Of a stretch of DNA of 64,000 nt, positions 42,170-51,540 are shown one piece after another. Source of the stretch: Clostridia bacterium (lineage in GTDB: Bacteria > Bacillota > Clostridia > Christensenellales > Aristaeellaceae). The DNA lies in contig JAFRLY010000008.1 of the NCBI GenBank assembly GCA_017431005.1, positions 3,337 through 67,336 on the forward strand, read 5' to 3'. The translations under genes and the position numbers were made by a program. How positions within the stretch are numbered: position 1 is the stretch's first letter; every line of letters begins with the position of its first letter. Below the pieces are notes generated by a model. It saw only the letters and a list, made by a program, of their open reading frames with translations. It was not told the origin of the DNA and ran no database searches.

Positions 42170-42964
42170 TCACACGGCATAGGAATGCAGTCCCGGCAGC
42201 AGCAGGTTCACCCCGGCGAAAGTGAAGATCACCAGGATCAGCGCGATGATCGCCAGCCATGCCATGCGTCTGCCCTGCCATTTGAGGCGCATCCGCTGAT
42301 GCAGATAAACCGCGTAGAAAATCCAGGTGATCAGCGCCCAGGTTTCCTTCGGATCCCAGCTCCACCAGGAGCTCCATGCCTGCTCCGCCCAGATGGCGCC
42401 GGAGAAAATCACGACGGTCAGCAGCAGGAAGCCAAGGCAGATCAGCCGGTATCCCATATAGTCCATCTGCTTCATCTTCACGTCGTCCTCGCTCCTGCCC
42501 TTCTTCAGCTGCGCCAGATAACTGACGCCCAGTCCGCCGGCGATCGCGAAGGCGGCATAGGAGAAAGCGGCGCTGCCGATATGCAGCACAAACCAGGTCG
42601 AGCGCAGGGCCGGCATGATGTCCTTGATTTCCATCGGCTGGAAGGCTGCGTAGCTGAGGATCAGGAAGGCCATCGGCATGGCAGCGGTCATCACCCATTC
42701 CTGCTTCAGCCTCCGGTACAGCACAAAACCGATGATCACCGTCGCCCATGCGAATCCGGAAGCGAATTCAAACTGATTGGCCAGCGGTACGCGCCGGGCC
42801 TCAATGCCCCGCCAGACCGAAAAGGCCGTGTGCAGCCCGAAGCTGACCGCCAGCAGCACGCGGGCGGTTTTCCGCAGTCCCTCCTTTTTCATGGAGGAGC
42901 CTGCAAACTGAAGCACCGCGGCGGCAAAATAACCGATCAGAGCAGCGAAAAACAGAAGATTCAT
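42170..42964 (-). CDS. ccsA: Cytochrome c biogenesis system II protein CcsA/ResC
   Basis: GAIWAEQAWSSWWSWDPKETW WWD domain; PALRSTWFVLH; GLHSY. Confidence 0.95.
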   Translation of the reverse strand: MNLLFFAALIGYFAAAVLQFAGSSMKKEGLRKTARVLLAVSFGLHTAFSVWRGIEARRVPLANQFEFASGFAWATVIIGFVLYRRLKQEWVMTAAMPMAFLILSYAAFQPMEIKDIMPALRSTWFVLHIGSAAFSYAAFAIAGGLGVSYLAQLKKGRSEDDVKMKQMDYMGYRLICLGFLLLTVVIFSGAIWAEQAWSSWWSWDPKETWALITWIFYAVYLHQRMRLKWQGRRMAWLAIIALILVIFTFAGVNLLLPGLHSYAV

Positions 42965-44208
42965 GTTTCATCCTCCTTTTCATGCATCAGCGCTTCCAGT
43001 TCCAGCAGCAGGCCCTGCTGATTTTTCGGGGACAGGACCGCGCATCCGTTCTCCCGCACGCGCACATAAACCGGCACCGCGAAGAAGCACAGGTACAGGG
43101 CGGCGACCATCAGTCCGAAACTGAAATACAGGCCGCCGAACAGCCAGGAAGACACGCGCTTGATCCGCAGGCCCGGATATTCCGCGGGGGCAAGGAAGGT
43201 AAAGCTGATATCGCCGAGGCGTATCTCCTCATCCGGAAAAGCCAGCACGGAGGTGGACATGCCGTCCGCAATGGACCGGACGGCATAAACAGGATGCTCA
43301 TAGCTGCCGGACGTACTGGTCATCAGGGTGTAGTTCCCTTCCGCGTCCTGGATAAAGCCGGGATAAAGCGCGTCAAAATATACGCCGTTCTGTCCGTCAA
43401 TGGAGAGGAAGCACGGATCGGTCAGGAACAGGATTTCCTCCGCGCCGTTTGTATGGTTCGTGATGCCGACCCGGCCGGCAGTGCCGTAGGTCTGCTGGTA
43501 TATCTTGTATTCTCCGAAGCGGAGGGGCTCGTTCACCCGGATTTCCTGCCGCTTCTGATGCCGGCCGTCAGCGCTGCCGGCCAGCAGCACGCTCGCGTAG
43601 TCCAGCTTGCCCGTATCATCCTGGATGTGAAAGCTTTCACAGGTGACCGTCGTACCGTCCTCCAGCGTCAGCGTCCCGCCCGGCATAACCGTCAGATCCT
43701 GAACGCTCGGCGTCATCAGAACCAGGGAGCCGAAGAGCAGAATCAGCAGAATGGACAGGTGGGTCAGAAAGGAGCCGTAAAAACCGGCGGTGTTCCTGCT
43801 GAACGTTTTGCCGTCCGCATCCTCCCGCGCTCTGTAATGCCGCGCGGTCAGCCAGGCCAGCAGCTTTTCCCGCTGCTCAGCCGTCAGCGGCCGGTCCGCT
43901 TCGGCGGCTTCCGCCCGCGCGAGCCATTCCCGGCCGGCCCGCCTGGTTTTCGGAAAGCGGACAATGGAACAGAGCGTCAGGTTCAGGCACAGCAGAATCT
44001 CCAGGGCATAAAAATACCAGGTATGAAAAATATCCGTCACGCCCGCCGCGGTCATAATCTGCGCCGTCTGCGTGCCGTAGGCCCGTACATAGCGCATGGT
44101 GCTGTCCTGCTGCGGGATCAGCGATCCCGCCAGCGAAAGAAGCATCACGATGATCAGCAGGATCATGCCGAACGTCATGGAACGAAAGAACCGGAAAACT
44201 TTCTTCAA
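42961..44208 (-). CDS. resB: Cytochrome c biogenesis protein ResB/CcsB
   Basis: GSLIPQ, DIFHTWYF, NLTLCS, FLTHLS, VNEPL, YQQTYG; TTG start; overlaps ccsA. Confidence 0.9.
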   Translation of the reverse strand: MKKVFRFFRSMTFGMILLIIVMLLSLAGSLIPQQDSTMRYVRAYGTQTAQIMTAAGVTDIFHTWYFYALEILLCLNLTLCSIVRFPKTRRAGREWLARAEAAEADRPLTAEQREKLLAWLTARHYRAREDADGKTFSRNTAGFYGSFLTHLSILLILLFGSLVLMTPSVQDLTVMPGGTLTLEDGTTVTCESFHIQDDTGKLDYASVLLAGSADGRHQKRQEIRVNEPLRFGEYKIYQQTYGTAGRVGITNHTNGAEEILFLTDPCFLSIDGQNGVYFDALYPGFIQDAEGNYTLMTSTSGSYEHPVYAVRSIADGMSTSVLAFPDEEIRLGDISFTFLAPAEYPGLRIKRVSSWLFGGLYFSFGLMVAALYLCFFAVPVYVRVRENGCAVLSPKNQQGLLLELEALMHEKEDET

Positions 44209-44251
44209 AGCGTAATCCTCTCCGCGTATTCAGTTTCTGTTCTGAAGCATA

Positions 44252-44291
44252 CGGAACGGGAGGGCCTTGCGGTTTCCCGCCTCCCGTTCCG
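44252..44291 (-). other. Stem-loop between nrfA and resB
   Basis: CGGAACGGGAGG...CCTCCCGTTCCG 12-bp stem with weak U tract. Confidence 0.6.
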
Positions 44292-44298
44292 CGAAGGA

Positions 44299-45489
44299 TC
44301 AGGTTCCGAGCAGGCCGAGGGCTTCGTCGATCAGCGATTCAGCCTCGTCCAGGCAGCTGTTGTCCAGCCTGGAGTTGTGCGCGCCTTCACTGTTCTCCAC
44401 AAATACGAAATCCCAGAACCACTGCCCCTTGCGGTTGAGTTCCCGCACGGCGTCCAGCTGCTCTTCCGTGTATTTGCCGGAGGCGACGGCGTCAGCCAGC
44501 TTGTTGGTAAGATCTTCCAGCTTCGTACCGACAGCGATGGTGCGCTCCTCCATTTTTTCCTGAATGCCGTGTACAAAGGCAGTCAGATCCGCATGGCAGG
44601 CGGCGCAGCTGGCCTGAATGGACTCGCTTTGCAGCGGGCTGATCAGCGTATGGCTGCGGTAGGTGGTTCCGTCTTCCGCTTTGACCTTTTCCATATGGCA
44701 GTCCGCGCAGGTGAACATCGAGGAATGAATGCTGTTCTTGCCCATATAGGTCTCGAACTCCGGATGCTGCGCCTTGAGCTGGCGAACGCCGGTCCGCGGA
44801 TTGGTATAATCCGCGAAATCCATCGCCTGATAATACGCGTACATGTCCTCAGGATTGGCCACGCCCATGCCGGTGTAGGGCAGCGTGGTGGCCTTGGAAT
44901 CGGGATCGAAGTAATACTCCACGTGGCACTGGCCGCAGGCCGCGGTGGCGGCAGCCACCTTGTCCGCGTCCTCGCCCATGGCATTCACCAGGTAGAGGTG
45001 CGTGAGGGTCACGCCCTGAGCCGGGTCGTTGGCATGGCAGGTGAAGCAGCCAACATCCTGCTTCATATCCGCCGCCAGGTCGTCAAAGGGGAGCGCATAG
45101 GCGCTGTCACCCATTTCCAGGGTCATATGGGTGAAGTCCGCCGTTTTGCAGGTGAAGCAGTTTGCCAGCTTATGGGGGCGGCCGGTAGCCGTAAGATCCT
45201 GGATGCAGTAATAGTGTCCCCGTGCGCTGCCGTAGTAGGTGCTGAAGGCGTTGCCTTCATACACCGTGGCAAGCATGGGATACTCCGTCACATGATCCAT
45301 GACCTCGCTGTTTCCGGCATTGGCCATGTAGCTGGCATATACGTCCGGGTAGGTGCTTTCCCACTGGTCCGCCGGGATCATGGTAACCCCGGTGCCGGTT
45401 TCCGCCACCTGGGCGGGAGCGGCCTGGGCCAGGCCCATGACGCACAGGAAAAGCACTGCCACGAACGCAGCTGCAGCAAGCTTTTTCAT
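44299..45489 (-). CDS. nrfA: Ammonia-forming pentahaem cytochrome c nitrite reductase (c552)
   Basis: CFTCK plus CFTCH, CGQCH, CADCH and CAACH; ARGH, CHVEYYF, KAQHPEFE, ENSEGAHN; signal peptide. Confidence 0.93.
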   Translation of the reverse strand: MKKLAAAAFVAVLFLCVMGLAQAAPAQVAETGTGVTMIPADQWESTYPDVYASYMANAGNSEVMDHVTEYPMLATVYEGNAFSTYYGSARGHYYCIQDLTATGRPHKLANCFTCKTADFTHMTLEMGDSAYALPFDDLAADMKQDVGCFTCHANDPAQGVTLTHLYLVNAMGEDADKVAAATAACGQCHVEYYFDPDSKATTLPYTGMGVANPEDMYAYYQAMDFADYTNPRTGVRQLKAQHPEFETYMGKNSIHSSMFTCADCHMEKVKAEDGTTYRSHTLISPLQSESIQASCAACHADLTAFVHGIQEKMEERTIAVGTKLEDLTNKLADAVASGKYTEEQLDAVRELNRKGQWFWDFVFVENSEGAHNSRLDNSCLDEAESLIDEALGLLGT

Positions 45490-45636
45490 CAGGTTTTTTC
45501 CCTCCTTGATCTATCAGGACGGGCGATGAATGAAGGCCGCATCCATCCCCGCAGTCCCCAAAACAAGATCCGATAAAAGAAGGACCGCAAATCTGGCTCT
45601 CCACCCGGTTTACAGTCCTCTCAATTTTTGTATGTA

Positions 45637-45665
45637 ATTATACCATATGGAAAAATTTCAGTCAA
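45637..45665 (-). promoter_or_regulatory. Sigma-A promoter of the nrfA operon
   Basis: TTGACT-17 nt-TATAAT with extended -10 TG on the minus strand. Confidence 0.8.
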
Positions 45666-45689
45666 ATATTGCAATTCTCAGTGTCTTCT

Positions 45690-45995
45690 TCATTCCGCGT
45701 TCCGCCGCCGGGCCTCGCTTCGCAGCCAGGCGTTGTAGCCGGCCTGGGCCTCCTGGCTTTCCTTCTTCTCCCGCCAGGCCTCGATCTCCGCGCAGATGGC
45801 AAGCATCTCGTCCATGATCATCTCCAGGGAGGCGGGGCGCGCCTGGTACAGGTAGGAGGTCATCCGGTCGATCGCCTTCGGGCTTCCCAGCTGCTGTGCC
45901 AGCAGACCGGCAAGCTCCTCCGGATACCCCAGCTCCGAAACCGCTCCTGCCAGCCGCTTGCGGGCTTCGGACCACATCCTCTGGTTCGGCGTCAT
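45690..45995 (-). CDS. Hypothetical protein
   Basis: 101-aa helical ORF with typical codon usage; overlaps upstream stop (ATGA). Confidence 0.7.
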   Translation of the reverse strand: MTPNQRMWSEARKRLAGAVSELGYPEELAGLLAQQLGSPKAIDRMTSYLYQARPASLEMIMDEMLAICAEIEAWREKKESQEAQAGYNAWLRSEARRRNAE

Positions 45996-46534
45996 GCGGG
46001 AATCTCCGCGTCCGGCAGCCGGCCCGTATCCGGGGCCTGCTCCTTCAGGCTTTCGCAGTAGCGCTCAAATTCCGCTTCCTTTGACCGGGAGGGGAAGCTG
46101 AACTTCCGTCCCTCCGTTTCTCCGCCGACCCAGTAGATGTACAGCCACGGCCCTGGATCACCATCGCTGAGCGACTCCGTGCGCAGGTCTGCCGTACCGC
46201 CATACAGCAGATCACAGAAGGCGGACCACTGCTCCTCCGTAAGCTCCACGGTGCCGGACACGGTCATGTCCTCCTCCGTCTGGGGCCAGCCGCCGCCCTC
46301 GCGGGTTTCATGGAAGAAAAAGTACCGGCTCCCTTCAATGTAGAACCTGTACCGCTGACAGAACGGCGGATCATACGAAGCGTCAAAGGTATAGTAGAAG
46401 TCATCAACATCCTCAAAGAATATATCCGTGCCGACGGTTTTGCTCTCTGAAAACATACCGGAAAACAGGCCCGCGGCATTGCCGAAGGCCGGAATCAGCA
46501 GCAAAACAAGCATGGCAGACAAAAACCGTTTCAT
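45992..46534 (-). CDS. Secreted hypothetical protein
   Basis: RBS GGAGG; MKRFLSAMLVLLLIPAFGNA signal peptide. Confidence 0.7.
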   Translation of the reverse strand: MKRFLSAMLVLLLIPAFGNAAGLFSGMFSESKTVGTDIFFEDVDDFYYTFDASYDPPFCQRYRFYIEGSRYFFFHETREGGGWPQTEEDMTVSGTVELTEEQWSAFCDLLYGGTADLRTESLSDGDPGPWLYIYWVGGETEGRKFSFPSRSKEAEFERYCESLKEQAPDTGRLPDAEIPA

Positions 46535-46729
46535 GGGAATCGTTTCCTCCTGTCGGACCCGGTTTCCGTAATCGGTCCGGTTTCCCGTCTGCATTATGCC
46601 ACAGCCGCGGGCATCGGTCAAATCCTTCGGAAAAAAACGGTTCCGGTTTTCCGGAATTCATGGTACTATAGACGCCGGACGAACCCGTCAGACAGAATCA
46701 TGCCCCCCGGGCGGAAAAGAGGAAAAGAA

Positions 46730-48541
46730 ATGGAATTAGCCGCACGCAAGGATGTACCTGTGGAGGAGACATGGGACCTGTCCCTGATCTTCCCGGATGA
46801 AAAGACGATGTGGGATACGCTGGAGCAGCTGAAGGAAAAGGTGAAGACTTTCGCCGCGGAATACGCGGGAAAGCTGAACACCGCGGAGAATATCGTGCGC
46901 TGCCTGGATGAAATGGAGCAGCTCCTGGTCACGGTCGGCGAGCTCTGGTCCTACGCCGGGCTGGCCATGGAGGCGGACTATACCGACAACGCGCTGCGCG
47001 AGCGCGAGGCGAAGGTCGCGGACGCGATGACGCGGCTGGAAAGCGATATTTCCTTTGTGGACAGCGAGATCCTTGAAGCCCCGCAGGAGGAGCTTGAAAA
47101 AGCGGTGACACTCGCGAAGGGATGCCGCCGGTATATCCAGGACCTGATCGCGAAAAAGGCGCACCGGCTTTCCGCGGAAACGGAGAAGGTGCTGACCTCC
47201 CTCTCCCGATCCCTGGAGGTACCCTACGATATTTACAACACGATGAAGCTCGCGGATATTTCCTTCGATCCCTTCACCGCGGAGGGAAAGGAATATCCGC
47301 TCGGCTACTCCCTCTATGAGGATAACTATGAGCTGGAGGCGGACACGTCTGTACGCCGGGCGGCGTTCCGCGCCTTCTATGACAAACTGAAGCAGTATCA
47401 GAACACGACGGCAGCCGCCTACAACGCCTGCGTCACGCAGGAGAAGACGATGTCCGAGCTGCGGAAATTCCCGGATGTGTTCAGCAGCCTCCTGTTTGAC
47501 CAGAAGGTCACGCGGGAAATGTATGACCGGCAGATCGACGTGATTACGGAGCGGCTCGCCCCGCATATGCGCAGGTACGCGCGGCTTCTCGGCAAAAAGT
47601 ACAGGCTGGATAAAATGACCTTCGGCGATCTGAAGATCGCCCTGGATCCGGAATATGATCCGAAGGTCACCATCGCCGAATCGCATCAGTATGTCCGGGA
47701 CGCCCTGTCCATTCTCGGGGAGGATTACACGGAAATGGTGGACAGAGCCTACCGCGAGCGCTGGATCGATTTTGCCCGGAACGTCGGCAAAAGCACCGGC
47801 GGCTTCTGCTCAAGCCTTTACCGGAAGAATTCCTTTATTCTTCTCAGCTGGAACAACCGGATGTCGGACGTGTTCACTATCGCCCATGAGCTCGGCCATG
47901 CCGGCCAGAGCCTGTACGGCGACAGGGCGCAGTCTTATTACGACACCGATCCGTCCACGTATCTGGTGGAAGCGCCTTCCACCATGAACGAGCTGCTGCT
48001 CGCCCATTACCTGACACATGCGAAGGAGGACAAACGCTTCCGCCGCTGGGTGCTCGCCAGCCTGATCAGCAACACCTATTACCACAACTTTGTGACGCAC
48101 CTCCGGGAAGCCTGGTACCAGCGGGAGGTTTACCGCATCATCGACGGCGGCGGCAGCGTGAACGCGGACGTGCTCAGCGATATCTTCCGGAAGAACCTGG
48201 AGCTGTTCTGGGGTGACGACGTGGAGATTCCCGAAGGCGCGGAGCTGACCTGGATGCGCCAGCCGCACTACTATATGGGCCTGTATTCCTATACCTACAG
48301 CGCGGGTCTGACCGTGGCCACCCAGGCCATGCTGCGCATTGAGAAGGAAGGAAAGCCCGCCGTTGAGGACTGGAAGAAGTTCCTGGCCGCCGGCGGCACG
48401 AAGGATCCCGCGGACCTGGCCCGGATTGCCGGCTTCGACATCACGACCGACGGCCCGCTCAACGCCACGATCGACTACATCGGCTCCCTGATCGACGAAA
48501 TCTGCCGCCTGACGGAGGAGATTGACGGCATCCGCGTCTGA
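46730..48541 (+). CDS. pepF: Oligoendopeptidase F (M3B)
   Basis: TWDLS, WID, GKSTGGF, HELGH, EAPST, HYY..LYSYTY. Confidence 0.95.
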   Translation: MELAARKDVPVEETWDLSLIFPDEKTMWDTLEQLKEKVKTFAAEYAGKLNTAENIVRCLDEMEQLLVTVGELWSYAGLAMEADYTDNALREREAKVADAMTRLESDISFVDSEILEAPQEELEKAVTLAKGCRRYIQDLIAKKAHRLSAETEKVLTSLSRSLEVPYDIYNTMKLADISFDPFTAEGKEYPLGYSLYEDNYELEADTSVRRAAFRAFYDKLKQYQNTTAAAYNACVTQEKTMSELRKFPDVFSSLLFDQKVTREMYDRQIDVITERLAPHMRRYARLLGKKYRLDKMTFGDLKIALDPEYDPKVTIAESHQYVRDALSILGEDYTEMVDRAYRERWIDFARNVGKSTGGFCSSLYRKNSFILLSWNNRMSDVFTIAHELGHAGQSLYGDRAQSYYDTDPSTYLVEAPSTMNELLLAHYLTHAKEDKRFRRWVLASLISNTYYHNFVTHLREAWYQREVYRIIDGGGSVNADVLSDIFRKNLELFWGDDVEIPEGAELTWMRQPHYYMGLYSYTYSAGLTVATQAMLRIEKEGKPAVEDWKKFLAAGGTKDPADLARIAGFDITTDGPLNATIDYIGSLIDEICRLTEEIDGIRV

Positions 48542-48561
48542 CAGTTTATAAATCTGCATGC

Positions 48562-48596
48562 AAAAACACCGCGTCCGGACAGGACGCGGTGTTTCT
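48562..48596. terminator. Bidirectional terminator
   Basis: AAACACCGCGTCC-GGACA-GGACGCGGTGTTT. Confidence 0.85.
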
Positions 48597-48606
48597 GTAT
48601 GAAAGC

Positions 48607-49314
48607 TTATTTTCCTTCGGGAGCGCCGAAACGGATCTGGGTCGCGCCGGTCATGGCATCGGCAGCCAGCAGGCAGATCGGAACATCCTCGAAGTGCAGG
48701 GTTGTGAAGGCGCCTTCGTAGCCGCTCTCGGTCTTGAAGCTCAGGGTTACGACATAGTCGGCCTTCTTGGTGCCGTTGATCTCAACGAATTCGCCGTCCG
48801 CGAGACCCTCGCCGGCATAGTTGTCGCTCTTCGCGCCGGTGGCGTTGTCGGTCACAAACAGCTCGGTGATCTTTTCTCCGGTCGTGTTGTACACCACATA
48901 GGTGCAGACAGGCGCGAAGAAGGAGAGGGGCGTCGCGCCGCTCGTGGCGTCAGCGCCGGCGGCCGCGATGTTGTCGGCAACCGTCTTCTCGGAGAACAGG
49001 GTGATCGGGACGGTCTCGAAGTGCAGGGTCTCGAAGGCCGCTTCATAACCGCTTTCGGTCTTGAAGCTCAGGGTGATCACATAGCCTTCCTTGTTGGTGC
49101 CGTTGATCTCGATGATCGCGCCCTTGTCCAGGCCTTCCTCGCCGGCATAGTTGTCGCTCTTTTCACCGGTGGTGTTGTCGGTGACATACAGCTCGGTGAT
49201 CTTTTCTCCGGTCTCGTTGAAGATCGTGTAGGTGCAGGTTTCCTCTTCAGCGAACGCGCAGGCGCAGCCGAGCATCATGCTGAGAGCCAGAATCATGGCA
49301 AAGACTTTTTTCAT
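48607..49314 (-). CDS. Secreted two-repeat protein with two putative FMN-attachment motifs
   Basis: RBS GGAGG; signal peptide; two domains of about 100 aa ending DATSGAT and DAMTGAT. Confidence 0.8.
   Translation of the reverse strand: MKKVFAMILALSMMLGCACAFAEEETCTYTIFNETGEKITELYVTDNTTGEKSDNYAGEEGLDKGAIIEINGTNKEGYVITLSFKTESGYEAAFETLHFETVPITLFSEKTVADNIAAAGADATSGATPLSFFAPVCTYVVYNTTGEKITELFVTDNATGAKSDNYAGEGLADGEFVEINGTKKADYVVTLSFKTESGYEGAFTTLHFEDVPICLLAADAMTGATQIRFGAPEGK
48691..49237. repeat. Intragenic direct repeat (48691-48907 vs 49018-49237)
   Basis: Shared blocks such as CCTCGCCGGCATAGTTGTCGCTCTT, ACAGCTCGGTGATCTTTTCTCCGGTC and TCGGTCTTGAAGCTCAGGGT. Confidence 0.9.
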
Positions 49315-49453
49315 GAAACGATTCCTCCAAAAAAATAATAGGGTTCCGGACCGGAACCCATTCTACTTTATCGGGCGCAATAAATCAATAGAAATATTCC
49401 TATATTTCAAATATGTAACAGGTAATCCTCCGCTGACGTTTTTCAGCCGGACA

Positions 49454-49780
49454 TCAGCAGCAGGGAGTTTTACCCTTGCCAGAATCCTTCCGGCATATTT
49501 CCTGCATTTTGATATTCAACTCCCTGAAAAAATCTTCGTTCAGGGAATAATAGATCCGCTTGCCGTCCCGCCGGCTCCGCACAAGATCCGCCTCGATCAG
49601 CACCCGCATATCATGGGACAGCGTCGGCTGTGTGATCTCAAAGCATTTCAGCAGAACGCACGCGCACAGTTCGCCGCAGGACAGCAGATCGATAATCCTG
49701 ACCCGTTTCGGATCCGACAGCGCTCTGAAAGCTTTTGCCAGTTTTTCATATTGCGTTTCCACGTCCGTCCCCCGATTCAT
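49454..49780 (-). CDS. ArsR/SmtB-family transcriptional regulator
   Basis: FRALSDPKRVRII, ELCAC, TQPTLSHDM, C-terminal CC; start may be GTG 49762. Confidence 0.9.
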   Translation of the reverse strand: MNRGTDVETQYEKLAKAFRALSDPKRVRIIDLLSCGELCACVLLKCFEITQPTLSHDMRVLIEADLVRSRRDGKRIYYSLNEDFFRELNIKMQEICRKDSGKGKTPCC

Positions 49781-49878
49781 ATTCAGCATTCCGCGTTCTT
49801 CCCTGAAGATGACGCCGTCACGCATTGTATCATACAAATGGGCAGCATGTCATGCAAAAAGCCGCGGAAATCCATCCT

Positions 49879-50478
49879 TCAATCAGTGATCCAGGTCACC
49901 GGATTCCCGGTGATCTCCCGCCGTTCCCTGACCGGAAGCCCCTCCGGACCCCGGCCGAGGATCAGGCCCCCTGTAATGGTTTCGTCCTCCCTCAGTCCCA
50001 GCGCCTCCAGGAAGGACCGGACGGCCGGATGCCCGTCCAGCCAGTGCAGCTGATTGATCCAGCAGGATCCCAGATCCAGGGCATTGGCGGCGATCATCAT
50101 GTTTTCCAGCGCGCACGCGCTGTCAGCCATGGCGTTCCCGTAATTCCGCCTGTTGGCTGTCACGATCAGCACAGGCGCGTTGTAATGGAATATATAGCCG
50201 CCCCTCTTTGATGCCTCAATGGAATGCCGGAGCGAGACATAGGTATCCGGGCCGGCCTCCATCTCCGCAAAAGCGTTCTGCACAATTCCGGCCAGCTCGC
50301 TGAGAACGGATTCCCTGGTGATCACAATCAGATGGGTGGTCTGGCTGTTGGAACCGCTGGGAGCTGACCGGCCGGCTTCAATCACCTGGCTGATCAGCTC
50401 CTTCTCCGGCATTTCCGGCTTCATTTTCCGGGTGCTCCTTCTGGTGAAAATCGCTTCCAAGGCTTCCATAATATTCAT
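49879..50478 (-). CDS. Nitroreductase family protein
   Basis: TRRSTR, APSGSNSQ, ENMMIAANALDLGSCW. Confidence 0.92.
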   Translation of the reverse strand: MNIMEALEAIFTRRSTRKMKPEMPEKELISQVIEAGRSAPSGSNSQTTHLIVITRESVLSELAGIVQNAFAEMEAGPDTYVSLRHSIEASKRGGYIFHYNAPVLIVTANRRNYGNAMADSACALENMMIAANALDLGSCWINQLHWLDGHPAVRSFLEALGLREDETITGGLILGRGPEGLPVRERREITGNPVTWITD

Positions 50479-50494
50479 TCCTCCCTTTTCATTA

Positions 50495-51367
50495 TCACAG
50501 CTCGCCGATCCGGGGAATCGCGGTGGCGGCCCCTTTCCGGGTCACGGCGGCGGCAGCCGCCCTGGCAGCCGTCCGCATGCTGTCCCGGATTCCTTCCCCC
50601 CGGCTCAGGCAGGCCAGCACATAGCCGGTAAAGGTGTCCCCCGCTCCCGTGGTATCCACCGGGCTGACAGGAAAAGCCTCCTGTGAAAGCGTTTCCCGTC
50701 CGTCCGACCACAGCGCTCCCTTTTCTCCCAGGGTGAGGATCACCTCCGCCCGGGGATATTTTTCGGCCATCTCCGCGAGTATGGCGTCCGGCTCCTTCCT
50801 TCCGGTCAGCCCTTCCCCTTCGTTCTCATTGAGCAGGAACAGGGACACCCGGTCCAGCGGACAGCGCAATACCGCCCCGTCCATGGGCGAAGGGTTGAAT
50901 ATCACCTTCATTCCCTTCTCTCCGGCCAGCTCCATCAGCAAACCGATGCAGGAAATCTCATTCTGCAGCAGCAGCCAGTCCCCGGCGGAAAACCGGTCCA
51001 GCACCTCGCGGCAGTATGCTTCCGTGTTCCTTCTGTTGGCTCCGCCGCTGAGCACAATGCTGTTCTGCCCGTTCCGGTCCACCTGAATAAAGGCTTTCCC
51101 GGTGCCCGTATCCTCCAGCACCCTGACGCAGCTGCAGTCTGCGCCGTCCTTTTCCAGCAGCTCCTTCAGAAAAAGCCCGTCCTTCCCGATCAGACCGGCG
51201 TGGAAGATCCGCCCGCCCGCCCTGGCAAAGGCAACGGACTGGTTCAGCCCCTTGCCGCCCGGAAAGCAGCTGACTCCCAGGGAATCAACCGTCTGCCCCG
51301 GGCGGACGATTTCGTTCACCCGAAAGGTATAGTCAATGTTCAGGGAACCGAAGTTGACGACGTTCAT
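50495..51367 (-). CDS. rbsK: Ribokinase (PfkB family)
   Basis: GSLNID, GGKGLNQ, LLQNE, NPSP, DTTGAGDTF. Confidence 0.88.
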   Translation of the reverse strand: MNVVNFGSLNIDYTFRVNEIVRPGQTVDSLGVSCFPGGKGLNQSVAFARAGGRIFHAGLIGKDGLFLKELLEKDGADCSCVRVLEDTGTGKAFIQVDRNGQNSIVLSGGANRRNTEAYCREVLDRFSAGDWLLLQNEISCIGLLMELAGEKGMKVIFNPSPMDGAVLRCPLDRVSLFLLNENEGEGLTGRKEPDAILAEMAEKYPRAEVILTLGEKGALWSDGRETLSQEAFPVSPVDTTGAGDTFTGYVLACLSRGEGIRDSMRTAARAAAAAVTRKGAATAIPRIGEL

Positions 51368-51540
51368 GGACTTTCTCCCCTTTTTGTTTCCGTGCGGGCA
51401 TTCATCCTTCTCCGGAGCTTTGCTGCAGATCTCTGTTCTCCGTCAGCTTGTCACAAAACGCGTTGTTTGTCAAACAGCTCCGGCAGGCAGGGCTGCAGGC
51501 GGCGGCGCATACAAAAGTTCTGAAATTCTTCAGAAGGCGC

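Noticed and set aside
42982-45576. 864-aa plus-strand ORF
   Set aside because: Antisense to resB and nrfA; no recognisable domain.
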